Assembly (NCBI GenBank): GCA_965214705.1
Contig: CBDCCI010000002.1
Location: 1,440,001 to 1,504,000 of the forward strand
Length of the DNA stretch: 64,000 bases
Direction of reading: 5' to 3'
Origin: Alphaproteobacteria bacterium
GTDB taxonomy: Bacteria > Pseudomonadota > Alphaproteobacteria > UBA828
Shown here: piece after piece, positions 36,864 to 47,872 of the stretch
How positions within the stretch are numbered: position 1 is the first letter of the stretch
Layout: each line of letters starts with the position of its first letter
Position numbers and translations under genes: made by a program
The notes under the pieces: generated by a model
What the model was told of the DNA's origin: nothing
What the model saw: only the letters and a program-made list of their open reading frames with translations
The model's database searches: none

Positions 36864-39550
36864 GCGAATCCCCCCGCCCTACAGCGAGAGGCCGAGCCGG
36901 CCGCGGGTGAGCTGGAACTCGGTGACCCCGCGCGACCAGAGCGCCGGCCGGTAGCGGGCGGATGCCACGTCGGCGATCAGCGTGGCGAGTTCGGCAACGG
37001 TCCCTTCGACGCCTTGTTCGGGTTCGAGGACGCGATCCAGGTCGCTGCCGTACTGCGCCGCGACCTCGGGAACCGCCGTCACCTGGACGAGGGGGAGCAT
37101 GGGATGCCCCTGAAGCGGGGTCTGGCCTGCGTGGCAGAGCATCAGATCGACCCCGGTCGCGCCGAGCCCCGTGAACGCCTCCACCGGGTTTTCCGTCGGG
37201 GTCTCCATGACGTGGAACCCCGCTTCCGTCGCCGGCCAGCCGAACGCGAGCGAGGCAGAGGGCGCCATGCCGTCGGGAAAGACCGCGCGTCGGAACCCGT
37301 CGTTGCCGAGCAGGCCTTCATTGTCGGGCACCACCACCGTCGCGCCGGCCGCGACGAGGCCGGTGGCGAGGCGGCCGAACGCTTCCCCCATCATGTTCGG
37401 CAGTGGGCCGTGTCCGGCGAGGCCCACGCGCATCTCGTCTGCGCCGACGCGCCGCCGCTCGGATGCAGGCGTGGCGCGGGCCGCCGCCATCGCCTCGAGC
37501 TGCCGGGTCACCTTGGCCTTGACGCTGGCGATGCCGCCATCCAGCTGCACGCTCGCCCAGCCGAAGCGCTCCGCCGCGACGCCGTGCGCGGCCAGGTGAT
37601 TCCGCACCGCGTCGTTGTGGGTCATCTCGCAGCCGTGCTCCAGCAGCACCGCGTGGCGCACGCTCCGGTGCGCGAGGTGGCCGGTGAGGGTGTCGAGATA
37701 GAGGCCGGCGCCGTTGGCCGAGCCGCAGCCCTCGGTATGCACGAGTGCCACGAAGCGCGACACGTCGCTCCAGGGCGGCGGGTTGGCGTCGAGCTCGTCC
37801 GCGATGAGGCGCGCGACTTGGCCGGAGCAGAGGCTGGTGGGCATCACCAGGGCGATTTGGTCCGACGCCACGCCTTCCTCGGTGATCACTGCGTCGAAGG
37901 CGAGGTCGAGCGGCGGCGCCTTCTGCACCGGTATGGGCCGTCCGCTCGGGACAGGACGCCCGCGCGCCTCCTCCAGCCCGTGCCCGTCGGTGCGCGGCCA
38001 GTCGCGCCAAATCGAGACCTGCGCGTGGCCGGCAAGCTCGCCCTTGCTGCGCTGCCCCGACGCGATGTCGAGCGCGAGCTTGAAGGTCTCCGCGCCGAGC
38101 GCGTCCATCTCCATGCCGTCGTTGTAGCGGCCGGCGTTCACGTCCATCTCGTTCGCGAGCAGCTCGAAGCGCCCGGTGGTGGTCACGAACTTGAGGGTCG
38201 GCACGAAGGGGAAGTTGGTGATCGAGCCGTTGCCGGTGATGAAGAGGATGAGGTTGGAGCCCGCCGCCACCTGGCCTGCGATGCTCTCCAGGTCGTTGCC
38301 GGGGCTGTCCATGAAGTAGTAGCCCGGCGCGCGCATGGGCGCGCCGTAGTCGATGACGTGGTCGAGCCTGACTTCCGGCGCCTTCTTGCGCGCGGCACCG
38401 AGGGATTTGAGGGCGATGTTGTAGAGGCCGCGAAAGTTGTTCCCGCCCGTCGGGTTCCCTTCCGCCGTGGCCCCGTGGTTCGCGGCGTAGCGCTTGAAGT
38501 TCTCGATCTTCTCAAGGAACGCGCGGGCCGTGGCGGCGTCGCTGACGTTCTCCAGCACGTAGGACTCGGCGCCGATGAGCTCGTCGGTCTCGGCCAGGTT
38601 CGCGGCGCCCCCGTGGCGGATGACCTCCTTCGCCACCCAGCCGGCGAGCGCGTTGCCCGAGACGCCGGAGAACGCGTCCGAGCCGCCGCACTGCAGCGCG
38701 AGCCGGAGCGCGCCAGCCGGCGCCGGCGTGCGCCTGGCGGCCGCGACCTCCGGCAGCCAGCCTTCGATCAGCGTTGCCGCGCGCGCGACTTCCGCCTCAA
38801 ACCCGCCTTCGATACGGAAAAACGCGTGCGGCACGTGGTCGAGCGGGTCGCTGCGGTCCGCCATGAAGCGCCGCAGGTCGTCGTTGGTGTAGGCGCCCGC
38901 GCCGTCGTCGGCCGCGAGCACCGCGCCCACGTTGGGGTGCACCATGAAGCCGGCGAGCACCCGAAGCACGTGGCCCAGGTTGTTGGGCCGACCGGCCCCG
39001 CCGCCTTCGGTATGGGTGACCGCAACCACCCCGTCGATCCCGTCGGGCGCGTGGGCCGCCGCGCGCTCCGCCACCGCGCGCACGAAGCCGTTGGCGCGCG
39101 ACGTGGTGGCCACCACCACCACGAAGTTGCGGGTGCCGACGCCCCGCCCGCCGGGGCGGCGGAAACCCTCGAAGGTGGCGCCCTCATCGGCAGGCGCGAC
39201 CTGCGCGCCCGGCGTGAAGCGGGCTTCGTCCAGCGAACAGGTCTCCATGGTGTCCACGAAATTGGCGGCGTCGGGCAGAGCGAAGTCGATATCCCGGGCG
39301 CCCAATGCCGCCAGAATCCGCTCGTTGCAGACATACTCGCCGGGTTTCAGCGCACGGGTCGCGATGCCGAAGGGGGGCCCCCAGGAGGTGAGTTGCGTGC
39401 CTTGCGGGACCGGCACGCGGACGAAGCGATGCCCTTCGAGGATCGTGTGGGGCAGGCGGAACTCACCCGTCCCGTCGGCGACGAGCGTTCCGGCCTCCAG
39501 GCGCCGCGTCGCGATCGCGACGTTATCGCCCGCCGTCGGAAGACGGGCCA

Positions 39551-41229
39551 GGGTGTGATTCTCGTATGGCGATATGCCAGTCGTGATGGCGCTAAAGGAT
39601 ATGGGCTGGTTCATTTTGGTCAAGCAGCGAGTGCCAGGACTTCGGTTGGGCTGATGTTGTCGTTAGCTGGTCCGGATCGGGCGTCCATGAGCGCATCCCA
39701 TGCCCGGTCGAAGAGGCCGGATTTGATCAGGGCGCGGAAGGTCAGAACCGCCTGCCCGCCGTCGATCCGCCAGCGCATGCCCGAGCGTTTCAAGCGCTGC
39801 GCGACGAGGGTCTTGCAGGCCGCCTCGACCACACCCGAGCCGATGGCGATGCCCTCTTCCTTCAGGGCGTGGTAGCGCATCCGATGGCGGTGCTTTCGGA
39901 AGAAGGCCAGCTCGCGCTCGATCTCGGCCGGGTCCCCCTTTGCCCTGTCCAGGAGGTAGCGCAGTGCCCGGATCACCTTGTCGACGCCGCGGGGGTCGTG
40001 GCGCAGGATTTCGCGGTGCTTCTCGAACCAGTGGCGCGCCACCGCATGGTCAGAGGCCACGCGGAGATGCTCGCAAGCGTGCCAGAAGTCGATGACCTCG
40101 GTCTCGGGCGAGAGGCTTTCGAGGAAGGTCCAGTTGTCGGCGGCCCCGTCGGCGACGGCGCCGATCCTGATCTTCGGGCTCACACGGCGGATATGGGCGA
40201 CCTCGCTTGCAAGTTGCGCTTTCAGCGCGGCCTTGCCGCTCTCGGGCATACGGCCGAGATAGAGGGTCTTCAGCCGTTGGCCCTCGGCGTCGTGGAAGGA
40301 GACCGTGCCGCAAGAGGCCTCGCGCCAGCACGCCTCGGCACGGCCGTCCTCGCCGGCCCGCAGCGCCACCATGACGCCGTCAAGGGAGACGGACGCGGTG
40401 ACCGCATCGGGCGGTATGCCCTGGGTTTCACGGATGCTGGCCAGCGTCTCCGGGGCGACGCTCTCCCAGTGCTCATGCATGCTCAGGGCCAGGCGCTGCA
40501 GCGTGCTCACCGACGGCGTCATTCCGCCCATTTTCGCGAAGAACTCCTCCGCTTCACGCGGCGTACAGTGGCCCATCATCATCAGCCCGAGCTGCGCCGC
40601 CGGCCGCGTCAGGTAGTCGTCGATGAGGCCCAGGCTCTCGTCCACCGGCACCAGCGACGTGCTGCTCGCGCCGCTGCGATAGCGCGCACGCCGATAGGTC
40701 ACGGGACCGAGCGTCGTCATGATCGTCTTCGGCGTCGCCGCCACCCGGACCCAGCTCTGTCCGTCGCGCTCGATCCGGCTCGCACCGTCGTCGCGGCTCT
40801 CGGCGAAGGCCCCAAGGAGCTTGCAACCCAAGCCGTTCATGGCGTCCCGCAGCCCCGTCTCAACCGTTTCGAACGTCTCGGCAGACGGGTCAGACCCAGC
40901 CTGTTCGCGACAGAACTCCACCACCTGGGCGACCGCTTCGGCGACTTCGGCAGGCAGGCCCAAAAGGTCGATGGACGAGGCGATGAGAGACTGCGACACT
41001 GGCATGGGAACGCTCCTGATGTTGGGTCTGATGTTGGGTTGTCGGCGCGGCATCCTACCGCATCTCGCGGTGCGGAGCGTTCCCACCCACCACTGCTGGA
41101 TGCCGCCGTTGTGACAAAATCCGGCCCTGCACCGGCCGATTGTCACGAAAACCCGATTCTGGCTGCCTACGGCCACCCGCCAATCGCGCTAAATCAATGA
41201 CTTACGATCGCCATGCCAGACCTACACCC
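39551..41229 (-). mobile_element. ISKra4-like insertion sequence, copy 2, 1679 bp, inverted relative to copy 1
   Basis: Same IRs and identical ORF translations as copy 1. 8-bp target duplication ACGGGCCA at 39543-39550 and 41230-41237. Confidence 0.93.
39620..41005 (-). CDS. ISKra4/ISLre2-like transposase
   Basis: Translation identical to the transposase at 19227-20612. Confidence 0.9.
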   Translation of the reverse strand: MPVSQSLIASSIDLLGLPAEVAEAVAQVVEFCREQAGSDPSAETFETVETGLRDAMNGLGCKLLGAFAESRDDGASRIERDGQSWVRVAATPKTIMTTLGPVTYRRARYRSGASSTSLVPVDESLGLIDDYLTRPAAQLGLMMMGHCTPREAEEFFAKMGGMTPSVSTLQRLALSMHEHWESVAPETLASIRETQGIPPDAVTASVSLDGVMVALRAGEDGRAEACWREASCGTVSFHDAEGQRLKTLYLGRMPESGKAALKAQLASEVAHIRRVSPKIRIGAVADGAADNWTFLESLSPETEVIDFWHACEHLRVASDHAVARHWFEKHREILRHDPRGVDKVIRALRYLLDRAKGDPAEIERELAFFRKHRHRMRYHALKEEGIAIGSGVVEAACKTLVAQRLKRSGMRWRIDGGQAVLTFRALIKSGLFDRAWDALMDARSGPANDNISPTEVLALAA

Positions 41230-41572
41230 ACGGGCCACCCGGTCGAACTCGAAACGGTCGGTCATCGCGACTTACTCGGCCCACTCACGAGACATGGCAG
41301 GGACGCCATCATTATCGGGAAACACCGACCATGGGTAGTCTCGGGGTGTTGCAACAGGCTGCAATCGGTATCTTCACGCCATGAGTCAGGCTGAGACGCA
41401 CAAGACAACGACTGACGACGGGACGGATCCTGCCGACATCGAGGCCTTCATCAGCCGGTGGGAAGAGTCCGGGGGCTCTGAGTCGGCAAACTTCCAGATG
41501 TTCGCCAACGAACTCTGTGAACTCCTTGCCTTGGAAAAGCCCGATCCGTCGCGGGCAAAGAACAAATACAAC

Positions 41573-43074
41573 GAGCCACTTGCAAAATTCCGCATTTGAG
41601 CGGGATTTTGCCGCCGTGGCGGTCAGATTGTCCTGGAAATCGGGACCGCTCTCTGTTCCTGTCGGGTTTCGGACAACGTCGACGGAGAGGGCGGCCCCAT
41701 GTCGCTGGGACAGACACTATCCGGATTCTGGCATCACATTCAAGCGGATCTTTTCCCGTGGCTTGAGGAGGAGCTCGGGCCGCTCGGCGAGAGGTACCGG
41801 CGCTTCGTCACCGTGCTTGAGCTTGCGCGGGTCGAGAGCTTCCTTCCCCATTTCCATGGCCTGCCCGGTCGGCCGGTCGAGGATCGGGCGGCCTTGGCCC
41901 GCGCCTTCATCGCCAAGGCGGTGTTCGACGTACCCACGACGCGCGCCCTGATCGAGCGCCTTGAGAACGACAAGACGCTACGCCGTCTCTGCGGCTGGAC
42001 CTATGCCGCAGAGATCCCGAGCGAGGCGACGTTTTCGCGGGCGTTTGCGGAGTTCTCCGAGAGTGCGTTGCCCGCTCGCGTGCATGAGGCGCTGATCAAG
42101 CAGACCCTCGGAGACCATCTGGTCGGGCACGTCTCGCGCGACTCGACGGCGATCGAGGCGCGCGAGAAGCCTCAGCCCAAGCCCAAGGCGGAGAAGCCGA
42201 AGCGCAAGCGCGGCCGCCCGCGCAAGGGCGAGGAGCGGCCCAAGGAGGAGCGCCGCGTGAAACGCCAGCTCACGATGAGCTTGCCCCAGATGCTCGACGA
42301 CCTGCCGAAAGCCTGCGACGTCGGCACCAAGCGCAACGCCAGGGGCCATACCACATCGTGGATCGGTTACAAGCTGCACATCGACGCCGCCGATGGCGGC
42401 ATTCCGATCAGTTGCATCCTGACGTCCGCCTCGCTGCACGACAGCCAGGCCGCGATCCCGCTGGCGAGTATGACCGCCGACCGCGTCACCAATCTGTACG
42501 ACCTCATGGACTCAGCCTATGACGCGCCCGAGATCGGCTGGCACAGCTACCTGCTGGGCCACGTCCCGATCATCGACGTCAACCCTCGCGACAAGGAGTA
42601 CAAGGAGGAGCTGGCGCGCGAGGCCAGGGCGCAGAGAGGCGTCGGTCACCGCCACCCGGCGGACGAGCGCTACAACGAGCGCTCGAACATCGAGCGCATC
42701 AACGGTGGGCTGAAGGACAACTGCGGGGGCCGCCATGTCCGCGTGCGCGGCCATGCCAAGGTTCATTGCCACCTGATGTTCGGCATCCTGGTGCTGACGG
42801 TCGACCAGCTGATGCGCCTCCTGGCCTGAGCGGCGCCTCCGTCGCTGTCACGCCGGCACGCCTCCCTCCGCGGAGGCGCAAAAAGCCATGTCCGCATCGC
42901 GACGGCGGGTCCAAAATGCGCCCGCATGGGCATCGGTTTGCGGCGAATCGGCGCCCCGGCGGCAGCCAGCGACGTCCGCTCGTCCCGAAGTTCATGTTAC
43001 GTTCCGACCGTCAATGTCCTCACGCCGGGCTCTCGGGAAAAGCAGACCGCGCCTGGGAGTTTTGCAAGTGGCTC
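41573..43074 (+). mobile_element. IS5/IS1182-like insertion sequence, 1502 bp
   Basis: Terminal IRs GAGCCACTTGCAAAA at both ends. 4-bp target duplication CAAC at 41569-41572 and 43075-43078. Confidence 0.9.
41699..42829 (+). CDS. DDE transposase (IS5/IS1182-like)
   Basis: PSEATFSRAF, RDSTAIEA, GYKLH, MDSAYD, Y..RSNIERIN. Confidence 0.9.
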   Translation: MSLGQTLSGFWHHIQADLFPWLEEELGPLGERYRRFVTVLELARVESFLPHFHGLPGRPVEDRAALARAFIAKAVFDVPTTRALIERLENDKTLRRLCGWTYAAEIPSEATFSRAFAEFSESALPARVHEALIKQTLGDHLVGHVSRDSTAIEAREKPQPKPKAEKPKRKRGRPRKGEERPKEERRVKRQLTMSLPQMLDDLPKACDVGTKRNARGHTTSWIGYKLHIDAADGGIPISCILTSASLHDSQAAIPLASMTADRVTNLYDLMDSAYDAPEIGWHSYLLGHVPIIDVNPRDKEYKEELAREARAQRGVGHRHPADERYNERSNIERINGGLKDNCGGRHVRVRGHAKVHCHLMFGILVLTVDQLMRLLA

Positions 43075-46000
43075 CAACGACTACGTCTTCGAGCGGCGCG
43101 TCGACTACAAATTCGACGATGGCACGACGGCCAGGCGCCGAATTGACCTGTACAAGCGCGATTGCTTCGTCATGGAGGCCAAGCAGTCCGCCAAGCGAAT
43201 CAAGGCGAAGAAGGCCGATCCTGACCAACCAGAGCTGATCCCCGAGGACGCCACGCCACACAAGTCAAGGCCGGCACAGCTACCCGCGGCACGGGGCGCT
43301 GGGACAAGGTGATGCGCGCCGCCAAGCGGCAGGCGGAGGACTACGCCCGCGCACTGCCGAAGGAGCACGGCTGGCCGCCCTTCATCCTGGTGGTCGACGT
43401 GGGTCACGTGATCGAGGTCTACGCCGACTTCTCCGGCCAGGGGAAGAACTACGCCCAGTTCCCTGACCGGGACGGCTATTCCATCCCGCTGTCAGGTCTG
43501 CGCGACCAGACGATCCGCGACCAGCTGCGTGCGATCTGGTGTGACCCGCATTCCCTCGATCCCGCCAAGCACAGCGCCGAAATCACCCGCGACATCGCCG
43601 AGCGCTTGGCGCGCATCGCCCTCAGCCTGGAAGGCAAGCACGACCCCAAGGAGGTCGCCGAATTCCTCATGCGCTGCCTCTTCACAATGTTCGCGGAGGA
43701 TGTCGGTCTGCTGCCCAAGAAGGGGTTCGAGACGCTGCTGGGCGAGATGGTGGACACGCCCAAACATTTCGCCCCGGCGCTGGAGAGCCTGTGGCGGGTC
43801 ATGGACGAGGGCGGTTACGCCCCGCATCTGAACGCGACGATCAAGCGCTTCAACGGCACGCTGTTCAGGAAGCGCAAGGCGATCGCACTGGAGAAGGACG
43901 ATATCAGCGAGCTTCACATCGCTGCCGGGCGGGACTGGCGCGACGTCGAGCCCGCCATCTTCGGCACGCTGCTGGAGCGTGCGCTCGACAAGAAGGAGCG
44001 GGCCAAGCTCGGCGCCCACTACACGCCGCGCGCCTACGTCGAGCGGCTGGTCGTCCCCACGATCATCGAGCCGCTCCGCGCCGACTGGGAGGAGGCGCTG
44101 ACCCGCGCCCACGCGCTGGAGGGGGAGGGCAAGCACCAGGCGGCGCTGCAGGCGATCAAGGACTTTCACCACCGGCTTTGCACCACCCGCGTGCTGGACC
44201 CCGCCTGCGGCACCGGCAACTTCCTTTACGTCTCGCTGGAACTGATGAAGCGGCTGGAAGGCGAGGTTCTGGAGGTGCTGGCCGACCTGGGCGAAAGAAC
44301 ATCGCGCCTCGCGTTGGAAGGCGTGAGCGTCAGCCCGCGCCAATTCTACGGTCTGGAACTCAACCCCCGCGCCGTCGCCATCGCCGATCTGGTGCTGTGG
44401 ATCGGCTTTCTCAAGTGGCAGCTTCGGACCATTGCGGCCGAGAGCATCGGCGAACCCGTTCTCCACGCCTACGGCACGATCAAGGAGCAGGACGCGATCC
44501 TGGCCTGGGACAAGCAGGAACTCCTCCGCGACGAGAACGGCCTGCCGCTCTCCCGCTGGGACGGCGTGACCATGAAGCTCCACCCCATCACGGGCGAGGA
44601 GATTCCCGATCCCGACGCCACGGTGGAACTCTACCGCTACGAGAACCCGCGCCGGGCCGCGTGGCCGGAGGCCGAGTTCATCGTGGGCAACCCGCCGTTC
44701 ATCGGTGGCAAGGACATGCGTGCGGAACTGGGAAGCGGATACGCCGAGGCGGCGTGGAAGGCCCGCTCGAAAATCCCAGGTGGCGCCGACTTCGTCATGC
44801 ACTTCTGGGACGAGGCGGCGACCCGGCTCTTACGCAAACCGGTGAAGGGCAAGACGAACCCGCTGCGTCGCTTCGGCTTCATCACCACCAACTCCGTGAC
44901 CCAGACCTTCTCCCGCCGCGTGATCGAACGGCACGCGCGGGCGAAGGAGCCACTGTCCCTGCTGTTTGCCGTGCCCGACCACCCCTGGCAGAAGGCGGCA
45001 GGCAAGGCGGCGGTGCGCATCGCCATGACCGTCGCCGCCCGCGGCGAACGGGAGGGTACACTGGCCACGGTGTTGCACGAGAGCGGGCTCGAAACGGACA
45101 CGCCGGTCGTCGAATTGAACGAAGGGACAGGAAGGATCAACGGCAGCCTGAAGATTGGAGCAAGTCTATCGGTAGTCCAACCGATGATGGCGAACGAGGC
45201 TATTTGCAGTAGAGGCGTCTCACTCCACGGTTCCGGTTTCATCGTGTCCTCAAATCAGGCTGAGGTCCTCGGCCTTGGAACAACGCCGGGGCTGGAGAAC
45301 CATATCCTGCCCTACCGCAATGGCCGCGACATTGCCCAGCGTCCGCGCGGAGTCATGGTGATTGATCTCTTCCAACTTTCAGACGACGATGTGCGCGACC
45401 GATTCCCGAAGGTATATCAGCACGTTATCGAACGAGTGAAGCCGGAGCGGGATCAGAACAATCGGAACACCTATCGAGATTTCTGGTGGATTTTCGGCGA
45501 ACCACGTTCTGATTTCAGGCCGGTACTGGAACCACTCGATCACTATATCGCGACGGTCGAGACATCGAAACACCGATTTTTTCAGTTCCTCGATGTGAAT
45601 ATTCGGCCAGACAATAAGCTGGTGGGCATTGGATTGAAGAAGGGCTCATCGTTGTCGATTTTGAGTTCTCGGGTTCACGTCCATTGGTCGATCAACAGCG
45701 GGAGTTGGATGGGCGTCGGGAATGATTCCGTTTACGCCAAATCGAAGACCTTTGATCCATTTCCGTTTCCCGCAACCGAGACCGCCGACGCACTGGAAGA
45801 GCTGGGTGATCGCCTCGACACGTTCCGCAAGGAACGCCTCGCCGAACACGACTTCCTGACCATGACCGAACTCTACAACGTGCTGGAGCGGAGGCGGGAG
45901 CTGGAGAACGGCTGCGACGTGCCACGCTTAACGGCGAAGGAGAAGGATATCCACGAGGCGGGACTGATTTCCGTCTTGAAGGACATCCACGACCATATCG

Positions 46001-46700
46001 ACCGTGCCGTGTTCGAGTCCTATGGCTGGGCCGATCTGATCCCTACACTGGTCGGCAAGCCGGGGGCGACGATGCCTTCGCCCCACAAGACGCCGGAGCA
46101 AGAGGAGGCAGAGGAAGAGGAAGAGCTGCTTACGCGCCTTGTCGCCTTGAACCAGGAGCGAGCAGCAGAAGAGCGGCGCGGCACCGTGCGCTGGCTGCGG
46201 CCCGACTATCAGATCCCCAAGCTCGGCCACAAGGTGAAGGCACCCGAAGACGTCGAGCAGGTCGAGGCCCAGCTAGTGGTGCCAGCACCTGCCGACGGCA
46301 AGCTGGCTTGGCCGAAGGATGAGATGGACCGCATCCGTATCGTCCGCGACATGTTGGGCCACGCGCCCGGCCCACTGGGGCCTGAAGTCCTGAGCACCGC
46401 GTTCAGGGGTAAGAATACGCTCCGACGCACGAAGGGAGTGGAGAAGGCTCTCCAAACCCTCGTCGCCGCCGGCGTTGCCCAGCAAGGGATCGACGGACAG
46501 GACGGCGGCAGCCGATATTTCATTCCGCGCTAAACTCTCATGCTCCGGCTGCGGACGGTCTCGCGATACGCAAGTTCGACAAGCGCCGGTCTCTCTAATC
46601 TCGTGCCCCTCAATGCGCTGGCTCCGTCCCGGTTTACGCCTTCGCCGTGCCGCCCTATCGTCCGCCGCAATAGAAGCTCCGGGGCGGAGGGCGGCGGCGC

Positions 46701-47869
46701 ATGGCGATCCACTTCACGAGGGACGAGTTCGACCAGCGACGCGATGCGGTGGTCCGCGCGCTGAAGGGGCGCGGCCTCTTCGGCATCCTGCTCTTCAAGC
46801 AGGAGAGCATGTACTACCTGACCGGCTACGACACCTTCGGGTTCTGCTTCTTCCAGTGCCTCTGGCTCGGCAGCGACGGGCGGATGACCCTGCTCACCCG
46901 CGCGCCGGACCTGAGACAGGCGCAGCACACCTCGATCATCGAGGACATCCGCATCTGGGTCGACGAAGCCGGCGCGGACCCTGCTGGCGCGCTCCGCGAT
47001 GTGGTCACCGGGCACGGCGGTGCTGGCACCTTGATCGGCGTCGAGCGCGACACCCAAGGCCTGACCGCGGCAAACTGGCTCAGGGTCGAGCGGGCGTTCG
47101 ACGAGTTCTGCACGCTGGAGGATGCGTCCGACCTCGTCTCCGCGCTCCGCTTGGTCAAGAGCGACGATGAGCTTGCCCACGTGCGCCGCGCGGCCGAACT
47201 CGCCGACGACGCCCTGGCGGAGGCCGAGCGGCTGGCCGCGCCGGACGCGTTCGAGGGCGACATCCTGGCCGCGATGCAAGGCGCGGTTTTCAAGGGCGGC
47301 GGCGAGTATCCCGGCAACCCTTCATCCTCAGCTCCGGCCCCGACGCGCTCTTGTGCCGGGACAAGGCCGGGCGCCGCCGGCTCGCGGAGCAGGACCAGCT
47401 CACCCTTGAGTTCGCCGGCGCCTATCGCCGCTATCACGCTGCGCTCATGCGCACCCTCGTGGTCGGCCCGGTCTCCGACGAGCACAAGGCCATGCATCGG
47501 GCCTGCAGCGACGCGCTTGACGCGTGCCGGGATACCCTGCACCCCGGCCGGCGCTTTGGCGAGGTCTTCGATGCCCACGCACGCGTGCTCGACAAGGCGG
47601 GCTACCGCAAGCATCGCCTCAACGCCTGCGGCTACAGCCTGGGCGCGACGTTCGCCCCGTCGTGGATGGACGGCCCCATGTTCTACACCGGCAATCCGCA
47701 GACCGTGGAGCCCGGCATGGTGCTCTTCGTCCATATCATTCTTGCGAACAGCGATGACGGGCTCGCCATGACGCTGGGCGAGACCTACGCGATCGGGGAT
47801 GACGGCCCGGAGTGCCTCAGCCGAGCGCCGCGCAACCTCGCGCCCGGCGGTGGAGGGGCCGCCGGATAA
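46701..47869 (+). pseudogene. M24 (Xaa-Pro peptidase/ectoine hydrolase-like) gene with a single frameshift
   Basis: One extra C in the run at 47318-47320 gives YPGNPFILSSGPDALLCR and joins the two ORFs into about 389 aa. Could be a sequencing error. Confidence 0.8.
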
Positions 47870-47872
47870 GCC

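Larger units (their letters stand above)
36879..41265 (-). pseudogene. Long UxaA-family (altronate/galactarate dehydratase-like) gene interrupted near its 5' end by an IS; 889 of 899 codons lie in the IS-leader fusion ORF 36879-39623
   Basis: Native start ATG 41265 (MTDRFEFDRV) joins ARLPTAGDNVAIA after IS removal. SAF domain, VGTRN, QCGGSDAFSG and MDSPGND motifs. Confidence 0.88.
41381..46533 (+). pseudogene. MmeI/YeeA-like fused restriction-modification enzyme (type IIG/IIL), split by an IS and a frameshift; MTase-TRD part intact at 43309-46533
   Basis: N-terminal FISRW...FANELCELL, nuclease-like IDLYKRDCFVMEAKQ, GAHYTP, VLDPACGTGNFL, NPPF. Repairing both lesions gives about 1213 aa. Confidence 0.88.

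Noticed and set aside
36114-39875. 1253-aa plus-strand ORF
   Set aside because: Antisense shadow of the GMC, UxaA and IS genes in GC-rich DNA, with no recognisable motifs.
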